Shown: positions 36,010 through 46,827, numbered from the stretch's first letter. The stretch is DNA of 64,000 nucleotides from Vicinamibacteria bacterium (GCA_963555995.3 OY821641.1:1696001-1760000); one strand, 5' to 3'. Numbers and translations: made by a program. Notes: generated from the sequence alone by a model not told the origin.

Positions 36010-37074
36010 ATGCGGGTCTTCTCACGTTTCCTTGTTCTCGCTGCCTTCGCCGCCGCGCTCGCCTGCGCTCCGCCGCCCGAAGAGCCTGCCGAAGACGTCG
36101 CGCCGCCGGCCTTCGTACCCGGGCCGCCGGCGGACTTCGAGAGCCCGGTCATCCCCGCGGACAACCCCCAGACTCCCGAGAAGGTCGCCCTCGGGAAGCA
36201 GCTCTATTTCGACACCCGCCTCTCGGCGGACGGCACCCGGTCCTGCTACACCTGCCACCTCGTCGAGAACGGACTCACCGACGGCAAGCCGGTCGCCGAA
36301 GGCGCCCTCGGCCGGGTGCTGACGCGGTCCAGCCCCACGCTCTGGAACATCGCCTACCACACCCAGTTCTACTGGGACGGCCGCAGCGGCTCGCTCGAGG
36401 CCCAGGCGCGGGCGGCGTGGACCGGCGGCAACATGGGGGCCGACGCCGATGCGGTGGTGGCCGAACTGAACGCGATTCCAGGTTATGCGGAGCAGTTCGA
36501 GGCGGTCTTCGGAGGCCCCGCCACCCCCGACAGCGTGGTGCAGGCGATCGCCGCCTTCGAGCGGGACGCGTTCTATTGCGGCGACACCGCCTATGACGAC
36601 TGGCGGCGCGGCGACGGCAGCGCCATCCCGGAAGCGGCCATGCGGGGAGCGGAACTCTTCACCGCCGGCGCCGGCTGCGCGACGTGCCACAGCGGCGTGC
36701 TCTTCACCGACATGAAGTTCCACAACGTGGGCATCGGGATGGACGCCGAAGAGCCGGACCTCGGCCGGGCCCGGGTGACCGAGGAGGACGTCTGCAGCAC
36801 GACCGAGGACGAACCGTGCCAGGGCGCCTTCAAGACCCCCACCCTCCGCGACATCTCGAAGAGCGCCCCGTACTTCCACGACGGCAGCGTGGCGACCCTC
36901 GAGGAAGCCGTCCGCCTGATGGCGAGCGGCGGGCTGGCCAATCCGTATCTCGACACGGACGAACTCATGGACCGGGAGTTGTCCGACGAGCAGATCAGCG
37001 ACCTGGTGGCCTTCCTGCACACCCTTGACTGCAACGGCGGCCCGCAGATCTTCGAGCCGCCCACGCTGCCCTGA
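36010..37074 (+). CDS. Di-haem cytochrome c peroxidase (CCP/MauG family) lipoprotein
   Basis: Two haem motifs CYTCH and CATCH, 'QFYWDGR', 'FKTPTLR', 'APYFHDGS'. Confidence 0.92.
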   Translation: MRVFSRFLVLAAFAAALACAPPPEEPAEDVAPPAFVPGPPADFESPVIPADNPQTPEKVALGKQLYFDTRLSADGTRSCYTCHLVENGLTDGKPVAEGALGRVLTRSSPTLWNIAYHTQFYWDGRSGSLEAQARAAWTGGNMGADADAVVAELNAIPGYAEQFEAVFGGPATPDSVVQAIAAFERDAFYCGDTAYDDWRRGDGSAIPEAAMRGAELFTAGAGCATCHSGVLFTDMKFHNVGIGMDAEEPDLGRARVTEEDVCSTTEDEPCQGAFKTPTLRDISKSAPYFHDGSVATLEEAVRLMASGGLANPYLDTDELMDRELSDEQISDLVAFLHTLDCNGGPQIFEPPTLP

Positions 37075-37105
37075 CGGCCCGGACACCACACTAGAATCCC
37101 GCGCC

Positions 37106-37417
37106 ATGAACGTGAGCTTCGAAGGCCGCGGCGCCCGCTGGGAAGGCGCGGCGGAAATTGCCGAACGGGCCGAAACCGACAAGCACCAACCGTGGTCCCT
37201 GCGGGTCGCCTCCGGGGGTGAAACGGTCGAGGGCACCCTGCTGGTCACCGACCTGGCGTCGAGCGCCGCCGACGAAGCGGCCGCCAGCAGCGGGGAGGAC
37301 GTGAACGCCGTCCTGGGGCGCGCCTTCTCGCGTTCGCTGGTCGCGGAACTGGGCCTCCGCCCGCTGGCGTCGGGCTTCCGCTTCGTGGTGGATCACCGCT
37401 GGGTGACCGGCTACTAG
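37106..37417 (+). CDS. Hypothetical protein
   Basis: ATG-started ORF with host-like codon usage between two plus-strand genes. Confidence 0.55.
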   Translation: MNVSFEGRGARWEGAAEIAERAETDKHQPWSLRVASGGETVEGTLLVTDLASSAADEAAASSGEDVNAVLGRAFSRSLVAELGLRPLASGFRFVVDHRWVTGY

Positions 37418-37474
37418 GGGCGCGAGGGGCCCGGTGCCGGCGCCGGGCCCCGTACCGGAAGGACCCGGGACCGC

Positions 37475-39340
37475 ATGCGCCGCTCCGAACTCGCCGCCTT
37501 CCTGCGCGAACGGCCGCGCGCCGGCGACGGCGCCCTCGGCACCGCGCTCTATACCGGCGGGATCGCCGCGCGGCGCTCCTATGACGACCTGAACCGGTCG
37601 GACCCCGACCGGGTCCGGGCGATCCACGCCGCCCATCTCGCCGCCGGCGCCGAAGTGATCAGCACCAACACGTTCGGAGCCAACCGCTGGAAGCTGGGCC
37701 GGCACGGACTGGCCTCCGAGGTGGCGACGATCAACGCGGCCGGCGTGGCGGTGGCGCGGAGCGCCCTCCGGCCCGGCAACCTGGTGTTCGGGTCGGTGGG
37801 ACCGAGCGGCGAGGTCGTGGGGCCGCTCGACGAGGAGAAGGCTCCGGAGTTCACCGCCGGGTTCCGGGAGCAGGTCGCCGCGCTGGTGGAGAGCGGCGTG
37901 GACGCGGTCCTGATCGAGACCTTCACCAGCCTCGCCGAAGCCCGGCTGGCGCTCGCGGCGGCGCGCGAGGTGGCCCCCGACATCGGCGTCGTCGTGCTGA
38001 TGACGTTCTCCGAGCAGGCCACCACCCTGTTCGGCGTGGCGGCGGACCAGGCGGCTCGGGTGCTCGCCCGGGACGGGGCCGACGCGGTCGGCTCGAACTG
38101 CGGGGTGGGCCCGGACACCACCCTCACCGCGCTGGAGCGGATGCGGGACGCCGTGAGCCTCCCGCTGGTCGCCCAGCCGAACGCCGGCATTCCCGAGCGG
38201 ACCGAAGGCCGTTTCCTCTACCCGTCGTCGCCGGACTACGTGGCCCACTACGCCAAGCGGTACCTGCGCCTCGGGGTCTCGCTCATCGGCGGTTGCTGCG
38301 GGACCGGCGCCGAACACATCGGCGCGGTGGCGGGGGTGGTCCGGGCGGCGTCGGCGGGCGCGCGCGCGGACCGGGTGAAGGCCCCGGCGCGGCCGGCGCC
38401 CGCGGCTTTGGAGCAGAAGGCGCCGGTCGAACTCCCGGCCGTGCCGGTGCCGGAGCGCTCGGGCCTCGCCCGCTGCCTCGCGGAGGGCCGGTTCGCGGTG
38501 TCGGTGGAGATGGACCCGCCGCGCGGCGCCGAACCGGGCAAGTTCCTCGCCAAGGTCCGGGACCTGGCGGACGCGGGGGTCCGCTTCGTGAACGTGGCCG
38601 ACGGGCCGCGGGCCAGCGCCCGGATGAGCGCCATCGCGTTCGCGGCGCTGCTCGAACGGGGCGGCGAGGTCGAGACCATCCTCCACTACCAGTGCCGGGA
38701 CCGGAACCTCATCGGCATCCAGTCGGACCTGCTGGGAGCGCACGCCCTCGGCATCCGCAACCTGCTCGCGGTGACCGGCGACCCGCCGAAGCTCGGGGAC
38801 TACCCCCACGCGACCCCGGTCTTCGACGTGGACTCGGTCGGCCTCGTGCGTATCCTGCGGGGGCTGAACCACGGCCTCGATCTTGCCGGGAACCCGCTGG
38901 GGGCGGCGCTTCCCTTCCACATCGGGGTCGGCGCCAATCCGGCCGCCGCCGATCTCGAGAACGAGATGCAGAAGTTCGAGAAGAAGGTGGAAGCCGGCGC
39001 CCAGTACTGCCTCACCCAGCCGGTGTACGAGACCGGCCTGCTCGAGCGCTTCCTCGACGACGTCCGGGGCTACGGCGTCCCCGTCCTCGCCGGGGTGCTG
39101 CCGCTGGTCAGTTCCCGGAACGCCGAGTTCCTCCACAACGAGGTGCCCGGAATGAGCGTCCCGCGGGCGGTCCGCGAGCGGCTCGCAGCGGCGCCCACCC
39201 GGCAGCGGGCGCGGGAGGTCGGCGTCTCGGTGGCGCGCGAGATGGTGGCCGCGGCGCGGGACCTTGCCGCCGGGGTCTACGTGATGCCGCCCTTCAACCG
39301 CTTCGACCTCGCCATCCGCAGCGTGACCGGACTGATCTGA
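37475..39340 (+). CDS. yitJ: Bifunctional homocysteine S-methyltransferase / methylenetetrahydrofolate reductase
   Basis: 'DGALGT', 'TNTFGAN', 'NCGVGP', 'GGCCGT' followed by MTHFR 'VEMDPPRG', 'CRDRNL', 'TGDPP', 'FLHNEVPG'. Confidence 0.9.
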   Translation: MRRSELAAFLRERPRAGDGALGTALYTGGIAARRSYDDLNRSDPDRVRAIHAAHLAAGAEVISTNTFGANRWKLGRHGLASEVATINAAGVAVARSALRPGNLVFGSVGPSGEVVGPLDEEKAPEFTAGFREQVAALVESGVDAVLIETFTSLAEARLALAAAREVAPDIGVVVLMTFSEQATTLFGVAADQAARVLARDGADAVGSNCGVGPDTTLTALERMRDAVSLPLVAQPNAGIPERTEGRFLYPSSPDYVAHYAKRYLRLGVSLIGGCCGTGAEHIGAVAGVVRAASAGARADRVKAPARPAPAALEQKAPVELPAVPVPERSGLARCLAEGRFAVSVEMDPPRGAEPGKFLAKVRDLADAGVRFVNVADGPRASARMSAIAFAALLERGGEVETILHYQCRDRNLIGIQSDLLGAHALGIRNLLAVTGDPPKLGDYPHATPVFDVDSVGLVRILRGLNHGLDLAGNPLGAALPFHIGVGANPAAADLENEMQKFEKKVEAGAQYCLTQPVYETGLLERFLDDVRGYGVPVLAGVLPLVSSRNAEFLHNEVPGMSVPRAVRERLAAAPTRQRAREVGVSVAREMVAAARDLAAGVYVMPPFNRFDLAIRSVTGLI

Positions 39341-39393
39341 CCGCCCCGCTCGCGTCGCCGCCCGCTCGCGTGGGCGCCCGGCCGGGTGCGACA

Positions 39394-40380
39394 ATGGCGC
39401 GCATGATCCGCCTCGGGGGCCTGACGGGAGCCGGGGTGCTCCTGTTCGCCGCCGCCGCGGCCGCCCAGGAAGCGGAGATCTTCCAGTTCGAGGGAGGGGT
39501 GGACCTGGTCTCGGTGCCGGTGGCGGTCTCCACGGAGGATGGCGAGTTCGTCACCGGTCTCGGGGTCGAGAACTTCCGCGTCCTCGAGGACGGCGTGGAA
39601 CAGGAGATCCTGGTCTTCGGGGCGGGACTCGAGGAGTCGTGGGTGGACCTGCCGCCGGACCAGAAGGAAGAACTCTCCCAGAAGCAGGTGATCGGCCTCC
39701 TCCTCGATTCGTCGGGCAGCATGGAGGAGGACCTGTCCCTCCTCCACGAAGCGGCGATCAAGTTCCTCACCAACATCCCCCGGACCGAGAACCTGTTCGT
39801 CATCAGCTTCGACGAGAACATCTGGCTCTCCGAGTATTCGAGCGACGACCAGCGCATCATCTCGAACCGGATCTACGACATCGAGGCGGAGGGCTGGACG
39901 GCGCTCTACGACGCGGTCGCGACCTTCCTCGACCGCGTCTACGACTACGACGGCAGGAAGACGCTCGCGGTGCTCAGCGACGGCGCCGACTCCCGCTCCA
40001 CCCTGATGTTCTCGGAGGCCCTCGATCTGGTGAAGCTCGGGGACACCACCATCCACTCGATCCAGTTCGGAGACCGCGCGCGCCACGCCGCGGTCTTCGA
40101 GAACGGCCGCTTCCTGCGGGCCATCGCCGATGCGACCGGCGGCTCCTACGCCCTGGCTTCGTCCCTCGAGAAGCTCGACGAGCTCTACGACCGCATCCTC
40201 GACGAGCTCTACAGCCAGTACACGATCGGCTACGCCTCGTCGAACACCCGCCGGGAGGGACGCTACCGCCGCATCGAGGTGGACGTGACGGCGCCGGGGT
40301 ACGACGAGGTGGAAGTCAGGGCCCGCCGGGGCTACTACGGCCCCTACGAACCCTCGGAGATTCCTGAACTGCACGAGTAG
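39394..40380 (+). CDS. VWA domain protein (Acidobacterial VWFA-related type)
   Basis: 'VDLVSVPVAV...FVTGL..ENF.VLEDGVEQ.I', MIDAS 'DSSGSM', 'TALYDA', 'SDGAD', 'QYTIGY', 'RARRGYY'. Confidence 0.88.
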   Translation: MARMIRLGGLTGAGVLLFAAAAAAQEAEIFQFEGGVDLVSVPVAVSTEDGEFVTGLGVENFRVLEDGVEQEILVFGAGLEESWVDLPPDQKEELSQKQVIGLLLDSSGSMEEDLSLLHEAAIKFLTNIPRTENLFVISFDENIWLSEYSSDDQRIISNRIYDIEAEGWTALYDAVATFLDRVYDYDGRKTLAVLSDGADSRSTLMFSEALDLVKLGDTTIHSIQFGDRARHAAVFENGRFLRAIADATGGSYALASSLEKLDELYDRILDELYSQYTIGYASSNTRREGRYRRIEVDVTAPGYDEVEVRARRGYYGPYEPSEIPELHE

Positions 40381-40425
40381 GCCCCACCCGGGGCTCGACT
40401 CTTTCAGCCACTAGACTCCGCGCCG

Positions 40426-42336
40426 ATGTTCGCCGCGCTCGAGGAGGTCGTCCGGGAGACCGCCGCCAAGGCCGGAGCGCCCGATTTCTCCGTGGTCTCG
40501 GAGATTCCCCCGTCGCCGGACCAGGGGGACCTCGCGTTCCCCGCCGCCTTCGGGCTGGCGCGCCGGCTGCGGCGTCCACCCCGGGAGATCGCCGCGACGC
40601 TCGCGGAAGCGCTCGCCGAGCGTCCCGAGGTGCGGCGGGTGGAGGTCGCCGGCCCCGGGTACGTCAACGTCTTCCTCAACCGGGCGATGTGGATCCGGCA
40701 GGCGCTCGCCGGAACGGCCGCCGACGCGCCCCACGGCATCCACGTCGTCGAGCACACCAGCATCAACCCCAACAAGGCGGCCCACATCGGGCATCTGCGG
40801 AACGCGGCGCTCGGCGACTCCTTCGCCCGCATCCTGCGCTTCCTGGGGCACCGGATCGAGGTGCAGACCTACACCGACGACACCGGCGTCCAGGTCGCGG
40901 ACGTGGTCCTCGGCTTCCTTCGGCTCCGGGGCGCGGACGCCGCGGAAGTGCGCCGGCTCGCCGGGGAGCCGCGCTTCGACTACCTCTGCTGGGACCTCTA
41001 CACCGAGGTCTCCCGCTGGATCGAAACGGACCCGGAGGGGCCGGCAGCGCGCCAGCAGGCCCTCCACGGACTCGAGCACGGCGAGGAACCGTGGGCGGAG
41101 ATCGGAACCGTCGTGGCCGGCGCGATCGCGCGCCGGCACCTCGAGACCATGGAACGGATCGGGGTCCGCTACGACCTCCTGCCCTGCGAGAAGTCCATCC
41201 TCCATCTCCACTTCTGGGAGCGGGCGTTCGAGCTGCTCCGGGACGGCGGCGCGATCCGGCTCAGTGAGTCCGGCCGGAACCGCGGCTGCTGGGTGATGGA
41301 CACCGATCTCGCCCAGGACGGCGAGAAGGTCATCGTGCGCTCGAACGCCACCGTGACCTACGTGGGCAAGGACATCGCCTACCAGATGTGGCAGCTCGGC
41401 CTGCTGGACCGCGACTTCCGCTGGCGGCGGTTCTACGAGTATCCCGACGGCAAACCCGCCTGGATCAGCACCTCCGGCCCCGAGGAACCCGACACCCCGG
41501 GTTTCGGTTCGGCGGCGCTCGTCCATCACGTCATTGACGCCCGGCAGTCCTACACCCAGCAGGTCGTTCAGGAGGCGGTCGCCCGGCTGACTTCCGAAGC
41601 CGACCGGGCCCGGACGCGGCACCTGTCCTACGAGATGGTGGCCCTGACGCCGGCCACCGTCTCCGCCCTCGGGCTCGGCGCCGCCGCGGGGGACGGCGCG
41701 GTGGAGGTCTCCGGGCGGAAGGGAATCGGCATCAAGGCCGACGACTTCCTCGACGCGCTCCTCGGACGCGCCGCGCGGGAGGTGGCGGCGCGGAATCCGG
41801 ATCTTCCGTCGGAAGAGCGGCAGACCGTGGCGCTCGCGATCGCGGTCGGGGCGCTCCGCTACCTGATGGTGCGGGTGACCAAGAACCAGCTCATCGTCTT
41901 CGACCTCGAAGAGGCGCTCAGCCTCGAGGGCGCCACCGGGCCGTACCTCCAGTATGCGGCGGTCCGGGCGGCGAAGATCCTGGCCCGCGTCGAGCGCGCC
42001 CTTCCCGAAGCGCCGCCCCCGCCGCCCGCGGACTTCGACGGCCTCCTCGCCGGGCGGGACCCCGAAGAGGCCGCCGACCTCTGGGTCCTGGTCCGGGGCG
42101 CCCTCGGTCTCCGGGGGGCGGCCGCCGCCGCCGCCGCCGCCGAAGACCCGCAGGTCCTCGCCCGCTGGGCCTACGAGGGCGCGCAGCGCTTCAACGCCTT
42201 CTACCACCGCTACCGGATCGCCGGCGAGCCGGACGCCGCCGCGCGCTCGCTGCGCACCTACGCGGTGGAGACCTTCTTCGCCCAGCACCGGCAGGGGCTC
42301 GCCCTGCTCGGAATCCCGGTCCCGGAACGGATGTGA
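40426..42336 (+). CDS. argS: Arginine--tRNA ligase
   Basis: 'VEHTSINPNKAAHIGHLRN', 'VSGRKG', 'GATGPYLQY', C-terminal 'LGIPVPERM'. Confidence 0.93.
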   Translation: MFAALEEVVRETAAKAGAPDFSVVSEIPPSPDQGDLAFPAAFGLARRLRRPPREIAATLAEALAERPEVRRVEVAGPGYVNVFLNRAMWIRQALAGTAADAPHGIHVVEHTSINPNKAAHIGHLRNAALGDSFARILRFLGHRIEVQTYTDDTGVQVADVVLGFLRLRGADAAEVRRLAGEPRFDYLCWDLYTEVSRWIETDPEGPAARQQALHGLEHGEEPWAEIGTVVAGAIARRHLETMERIGVRYDLLPCEKSILHLHFWERAFELLRDGGAIRLSESGRNRGCWVMDTDLAQDGEKVIVRSNATVTYVGKDIAYQMWQLGLLDRDFRWRRFYEYPDGKPAWISTSGPEEPDTPGFGSAALVHHVIDARQSYTQQVVQEAVARLTSEADRARTRHLSYEMVALTPATVSALGLGAAAGDGAVEVSGRKGIGIKADDFLDALLGRAAREVAARNPDLPSEERQTVALAIAVGALRYLMVRVTKNQLIVFDLEEALSLEGATGPYLQYAAVRAAKILARVERALPEAPPPPPADFDGLLAGRDPEEAADLWVLVRGALGLRGAAAAAAAAEDPQVLARWAYEGAQRFNAFYHRYRIAGEPDAAARSLRTYAVETFFAQHRQGLALLGIPVPERM

Positions 42337-42932
42337 TGCCAGCAGTGCCCCTTCTCCGCCGGGTCCTGCGGTTCGCGCGGACCGCGGCCATCGCCGCGGC
42401 GGTCGCCTGGGTGGTCATGGCGCACGGCGCGCAGGTCTACCGGATCCAGGGGTCGAGCATGGCGCCGACGCTCCGCTCCGGAGAACGGGTGCTGGTCAAC
42501 AAGGTGGGGATGCGTCTCGCTGCCATCCGCCGCGACGACGTGGTGCTGTTCCGGGACCCGTCGAACGAGGACACCGTCATGGTGAAGCGCGTGGTCGGCG
42601 TTCCGGGGGACACGGTCCGTTTCCGGGGCAACGAGGTGCAGGTGCTCCCCGGGTACGGGGCGAGCCGTCCGCTCCACGAAGTGGTGACACCGGTGGCGAA
42701 CGCCGCGGGGGGCGGCGGTCCTCTCGGCGCCGGAGGCAGCGGTCCCGATGCCGCCGATGGGCCGGGCTCGGTCTCGATGACCCTCGGCGCGGGCGAGTAC
42801 TTCGTGCTCGGCGACAACCGGAGCGGCAGCAGCGACAGCCGTCACTGGGGCGCCGTGTCGAGGGACGCCATCCTCGGGGAGGCCGCGCTCCGCGTGTTCC
42901 CCTGGCGCCGGATCGGATTCGTGACCCCATGA
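42336..42932 (+). CDS. lepB: Signal peptidase I
   Basis: 'GSSMAPTL', 'VKRVVG.PGD', 'YFVLGDNR..SSDSR.WG'. Confidence 0.9.
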   Translation: MPAVPLLRRVLRFARTAAIAAAVAWVVMAHGAQVYRIQGSSMAPTLRSGERVLVNKVGMRLAAIRRDDVVLFRDPSNEDTVMVKRVVGVPGDTVRFRGNEVQVLPGYGASRPLHEVVTPVANAAGGGGPLGAGGSGPDAADGPGSVSMTLGAGEYFVLGDNRSGSSDSRHWGAVSRDAILGEAALRVFPWRRIGFVTP

Positions 42933-44539
42933 GCCCGGCGGGAACCCCGGCGGAGACTCCCGCCCGTCCCCTGCGCACCCTCCCCGTCCGCCCGGGGACC
43001 TTCTTCGACGCCTGGACCCGCAGTCCCGAGCGTTTCGCCGAGCTGCTCCCGGACCCGTTCGCGGCGGATGCCTGCGCGCGCTTCGGGACCCCCCGGCCTC
43101 CCGACACCGCCCGGACGGCCGCCGCCAGCGTGATCGGGACGACGAACCGCGCCTGGGGCGCGGACCCGGCCGCCCTCGCTTCGGCGAAGCGGCTTGGCGG
43201 TCGGGACACCCTGGCGGTCGTCACCGGCCAGCAGCCCGGACTCTTCGGGGGCCCCCTCTATTCGCTCATCAAGGCGATGTCCACGGCCGCCGCCGCCCGC
43301 GACCTCGAGGCGCGCACCGGCCAGCCCGTGGTCCCGGTCTTCTGGATCGAGGGCGACGACCACGACTTCGAGGAGATCCGCAACGCCTGGTTGCTGGACC
43401 GGGCGGGTTCCCCTCACCCGCTCCGTTACGTGCCGGAGGACGAACACGTCGGGCTGCCGGCGTTCCGGCGGGTCCTGGACGACTCGGTTCTCGACCTGCA
43501 CGGACAGTTGCCGGAGGTCCTTCCCGAAACGGAATACACCGGCGATCTCCTGTCCGCTGTCCGGGACGCCTACGCGCCCGGGCGGGCGCTTTCGGAAGCG
43601 TTCGGCCGGCTGCTCCTCCACCTCTCGCGGGGTTCGGGGCTCGTGGTGATGGACCCCACCAGCCCGGCCCTGAAGCGGCTCGCCTTCCCGGTGTACGAGA
43701 CCGCGGTCCGGCACGAAGCCGAGGGCCGCCGCCGGATCACCGCCCGCACCCGGGAGATCGAGGCGTTCGGGTTCGAGGGGCAGGCAGCCCCCGAGGGATA
43801 CGGCGTCTTCTGCACGGGAACGACCGGAGTGCGGGCGCGGGTCCGGACCGATGCCGGCGGCGAGCGTCCGGAAGCCGTCCTCGACGGCTGTGTCGAGCGC
43901 CTGAGCGCCGCCGTGCTGCTGCGGCCGCTGGTCCAGGACTTCCTGCTGCCGACCGCGATGTACGTCGGCGGACCGTCGGAGATCGCCTACCACGCCCAGA
44001 TGGGAGACCTCTACGGTCTCCACCGGATCCCGCGTCCCCTCGTGGTCCCCCGTCATCAGGTCGCCATCCTCACGAAGTCCCAGCTTCGGGTGCTGGACGA
44101 GGACGGCATCGGGTTCGATGAACTCTCGGCCGGCGACGAGGCGGCCCTCAACCGGCGCGCCGCCGATCCCGCCGCCCGGACGGCCTTCGCGAAGGCCAAC
44201 GAGGCCGTGGACTCCTCGCTCGCGGACGTCGAGCAGGCCGCCGGCGCGGTGGACCGGAGCCTGACGGCGGCGGCCCGGCGCGCCCGGGGCAAGATGCACG
44301 CGATCCTCTCCGATCTCGAAGCCAAGAGCGTCCGCGCCGCAAAGCGCCGCGACGAGGAACGCCGGCAGCGCTTCCTGCGCGCCCGGAACGCCCTCTTCCC
44401 CGGCGGCGCGCCGCAGGAGCGCCGGCTCAGCCCGCTCGTCTTCGCCAACCGCTACGGGCCACACTTCGGCGCGTGGCTGCTCGCCGCGCTCGAAGACCCC
44501 GCCGCCGACCGGCGGGCCCGGAACCTGCTGGTCCGCTGA
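42929..44539 (+). CDS. bshC: Bacillithiol biosynthesis cysteine-adding enzyme BshC
   Basis: 'VVTGQQPGLFGGPLYSLIKA', 'VPVFWI.GDDHDFEEI', 'LRPLVQDFLLPT..YVGGPSEIAY.AQ', 'PQER'. Confidence 0.88.
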   Translation: MSPAGTPAETPARPLRTLPVRPGTFFDAWTRSPERFAELLPDPFAADACARFGTPRPPDTARTAAASVIGTTNRAWGADPAALASAKRLGGRDTLAVVTGQQPGLFGGPLYSLIKAMSTAAAARDLEARTGQPVVPVFWIEGDDHDFEEIRNAWLLDRAGSPHPLRYVPEDEHVGLPAFRRVLDDSVLDLHGQLPEVLPETEYTGDLLSAVRDAYAPGRALSEAFGRLLLHLSRGSGLVVMDPTSPALKRLAFPVYETAVRHEAEGRRRITARTREIEAFGFEGQAAPEGYGVFCTGTTGVRARVRTDAGGERPEAVLDGCVERLSAAVLLRPLVQDFLLPTAMYVGGPSEIAYHAQMGDLYGLHRIPRPLVVPRHQVAILTKSQLRVLDEDGIGFDELSAGDEAALNRRAADPAARTAFAKANEAVDSSLADVEQAAGAVDRSLTAAARRARGKMHAILSDLEAKSVRAAKRRDEERRQRFLRARNALFPGGAPQERRLSPLVFANRYGPHFGAWLLAALEDPAADRRARNLLVR

Positions 44540-45532
44540 TCAGCGTTCTTCCGGGGGCCGCTCGGGGAAGAAGCAGACGACAGGTCCGGCCCGCGCCTCG
44601 GCGACGGCGGTCGCCCCGCCGCTGACGAACCCGGGCGGGTCCACGTCCACGTCCGTGTTGCCGGGCGGCCGCGAATACATCGCCTGGGCGTGGAAGATGT
44701 CCCACTCGGTGAAGTGCGGCGGCTCGAGTTCCCCGGAGTACCACATGTGGGAAGGCCGCAGGCCGCCGAGCGGGTGGTAGAGCCCCATCACGTGCCCGAT
44801 CTCGTGGTGCACCGCCCAGGTCTCGGGGAGGTGCCGGAAGACCACCACGTTGGCGTCGCCGCCGACCCGGTAGGCGAACGCGTCCGCCGTCTCCGCGTAC
44901 TCGGACACCTCGGCCGTGTTCCAGCGGAGGATCACCGTTCCCGGCGTCATGTCCGCGGGCGGGTCCCGCGTCACCTCGATCCGCTCGCCCCGGTAGCGTC
45001 CGGCGCTGAGCAGCGGCACCGTGACCCGGATGGCCTCCCGCACGAAGTCAATGGTCTCGGCCGGAATCTCGGCGCCGGTCGTGGGTTCCGGGCGGGCGTC
45101 AATGACGAAGGTCGGCTCGGAGTCCCAGGGGATGAGCGGCTCCAGTTCGCCGCCCCCCGCCCCGTTCCGGACGAGCTCCCGGTAGAAGTCGAGGGTCCAG
45201 GGCCCTCCCGCCGGGATGACGTCGAGTTCCAGGGCCCCGTTCGGCGCCCGGATGGTGGTGGTGCGCTCGACGATGCCGGGCCCGGACACCGTGATCCGGT
45301 GTTCCCCGGCGGGGAGATCGAGCGCGAAGGACCCGTCGGCGCCGGAGCGCGCCGTCATCCCGCCGGCGCTCAGCGCCGCCCCCGCCACCGGGCCGCCTTC
45401 GACCGTCCTGGTAAGGGTCCCGCGCACGCTCGCGGCGGCCGGAGGCGTCGCGGGCGTGGTGGGCGCGACGGGCTCTCCTCCGCCGCACGCACCGAGGACC
45501 AGGCCGCAGGCAGCGAGCCGGCCGGCCTTCAT
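44540..45532 (-). CDS. Lipoprotein with carboxypeptidase-regulatory-like domain and metzincin-type Zn peptidase motif
   Basis: Lipobox LGAC, 'GPVAGA..S...SGADGSF', 'HHEIGHVMGLYH'. Confidence 0.7.
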   Translation of the reverse strand: MKAGRLAACGLVLGACGGGEPVAPTTPATPPAAASVRGTLTRTVEGGPVAGAALSAGGMTARSGADGSFALDLPAGEHRITVSGPGIVERTTTIRAPNGALELDVIPAGGPWTLDFYRELVRNGAGGGELEPLIPWDSEPTFVIDARPEPTTGAEIPAETIDFVREAIRVTVPLLSAGRYRGERIEVTRDPPADMTPGTVILRWNTAEVSEYAETADAFAYRVGGDANVVVFRHLPETWAVHHEIGHVMGLYHPLGGLRPSHMWYSGELEPPHFTEWDIFHAQAMYSRPPGNTDVDVDPPGFVSGGATAVAEARAGPVVCFFPERPPEER

Positions 45533-46740
45533 TCGTTCCGCGCGGCGATTTCCCCGGTGGTGGCCGCGGTGAAGATCGCGTTGGAGATCTGACCGGTCAG
45601 GTTCCCGCTCGTCCGGAGGTGGTCGAGCGGACGCTCGACGGCCAGCACCAGCGCCGACAGCGTGACCGGCAGCCCCAGCGCGCCGAGCAGGATCGTGAGG
45701 TTCACGAAGCTCGCCGCCGGCACGCCCGAGACCGCGAGGGAACTCAGGATCGCGGTCACCCAGAGGAGGCCGAGTTCGCCCAGGTCCAGCGGGCGCCCCA
45801 CGAGCTGGGCGATCGCCACCACCGACACCACCTGGTAGATCCCGCTGGAGTCACGGCCGGCCGCCGCGCCCAGCGGCAACACGAAGCCGGCGACTTTTTC
45901 GGAGATTCCGGTCTCGCGCGGAACCGCCGCCATGGAAACCGGAAGCGCCGCCGCCGTCGAGACCGAGGCGAAAGCGATGGGCAGCGGTTCGCGCAACGCC
46001 CGGACCAGCGTGCCGAAGGGCTGGCGCGCCCACAGCCGCAACAGCATCGCGTGAACGCCGCCGACGTGCACGAGGGTGGCGATGAGGCAGACCGTGGCGT
46101 ACCAGGCCAGCGTTCCCAGAATGTCGAGACCGGACTGACCCACCACCGCCGCCAGAATCGCGAACACCCCGGCCGGCGCCAGCCGCACCACCCAGTGGAC
46201 GACCCGGTAGAGGACGTCGTTCACCGCCTGCAGCACGTCAATCAGCGGTTTCACCCGGTCGCTGCCGAGCGCGTTCACGGCGACGCCGAACAGGATCGCG
46301 AGGAAGAGGACCTGGAGGACCTCGGCTTCGGCGAACGCCCCCACGACGTTCGTCGGGACGATGCCCACCAGGATGTCCATGATGGACCGCGCCTGCCCGG
46401 CGCCCGCGCCGGCCGCCGGGTCCGTACCGCCGAGCGCCGAAATGTCCACCCCCCGCCCGGGCCCGAGCCACACCGCAATCCCGATGCCGAGCGCCAGCGC
46501 CACCGACAGAGTGCTCAGGTTGTAGACGATCGCCCGAACGCCGATCCTGCCCGCGCCCTTGCCTCCGGTCCGCGTGAGCGCAAGCGCCAGCGTGACGAAG
46601 ATCAGGGGCGCGATGATCATGCGGAGCAGCCGCACGAACAGGTCGGCGATCGGCTGCAGCACGATCGCTGACTCCCCGAAAAGCATCCCGACGAGCACGC
46701 CACCCACCGCTCCCACGACGACCTGAACGTGAAGCGGCAT
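45529..46740 (-). CDS. Dicarboxylate/amino acid:cation symporter (DAACS)
   Basis: 'FVRLLRMIIAPLIF', 'IVPTNVV.AF', 'AFASVSTAAALP', 'FVLPLGA', 'DHLRTSGN'. Confidence 0.9.
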   Translation of the reverse strand: MPLHVQVVVGAVGGVLVGMLFGESAIVLQPIADLFVRLLRMIIAPLIFVTLALALTRTGGKGAGRIGVRAIVYNLSTLSVALALGIGIAVWLGPGRGVDISALGGTDPAAGAGAGQARSIMDILVGIVPTNVVGAFAEAEVLQVLFLAILFGVAVNALGSDRVKPLIDVLQAVNDVLYRVVHWVVRLAPAGVFAILAAVVGQSGLDILGTLAWYATVCLIATLVHVGGVHAMLLRLWARQPFGTLVRALREPLPIAFASVSTAAALPVSMAAVPRETGISEKVAGFVLPLGAAAGRDSSGIYQVVSVVAIAQLVGRPLDLGELGLLWVTAILSSLAVSGVPAASFVNLTILLGALGLPVTLSALVLAVERPLDHLRTSGNLTGQISNAIFTAATTGEIAARNE

Positions 46741-46827
46741 TGGCGGAGTCCTCCGATCCGGTTTGGCCCCCGATGGTACGGCAGTCCCGCCCGCGTCGGA
46801 GCGCCGGCCTCCGGAAAGTGGCGGAAG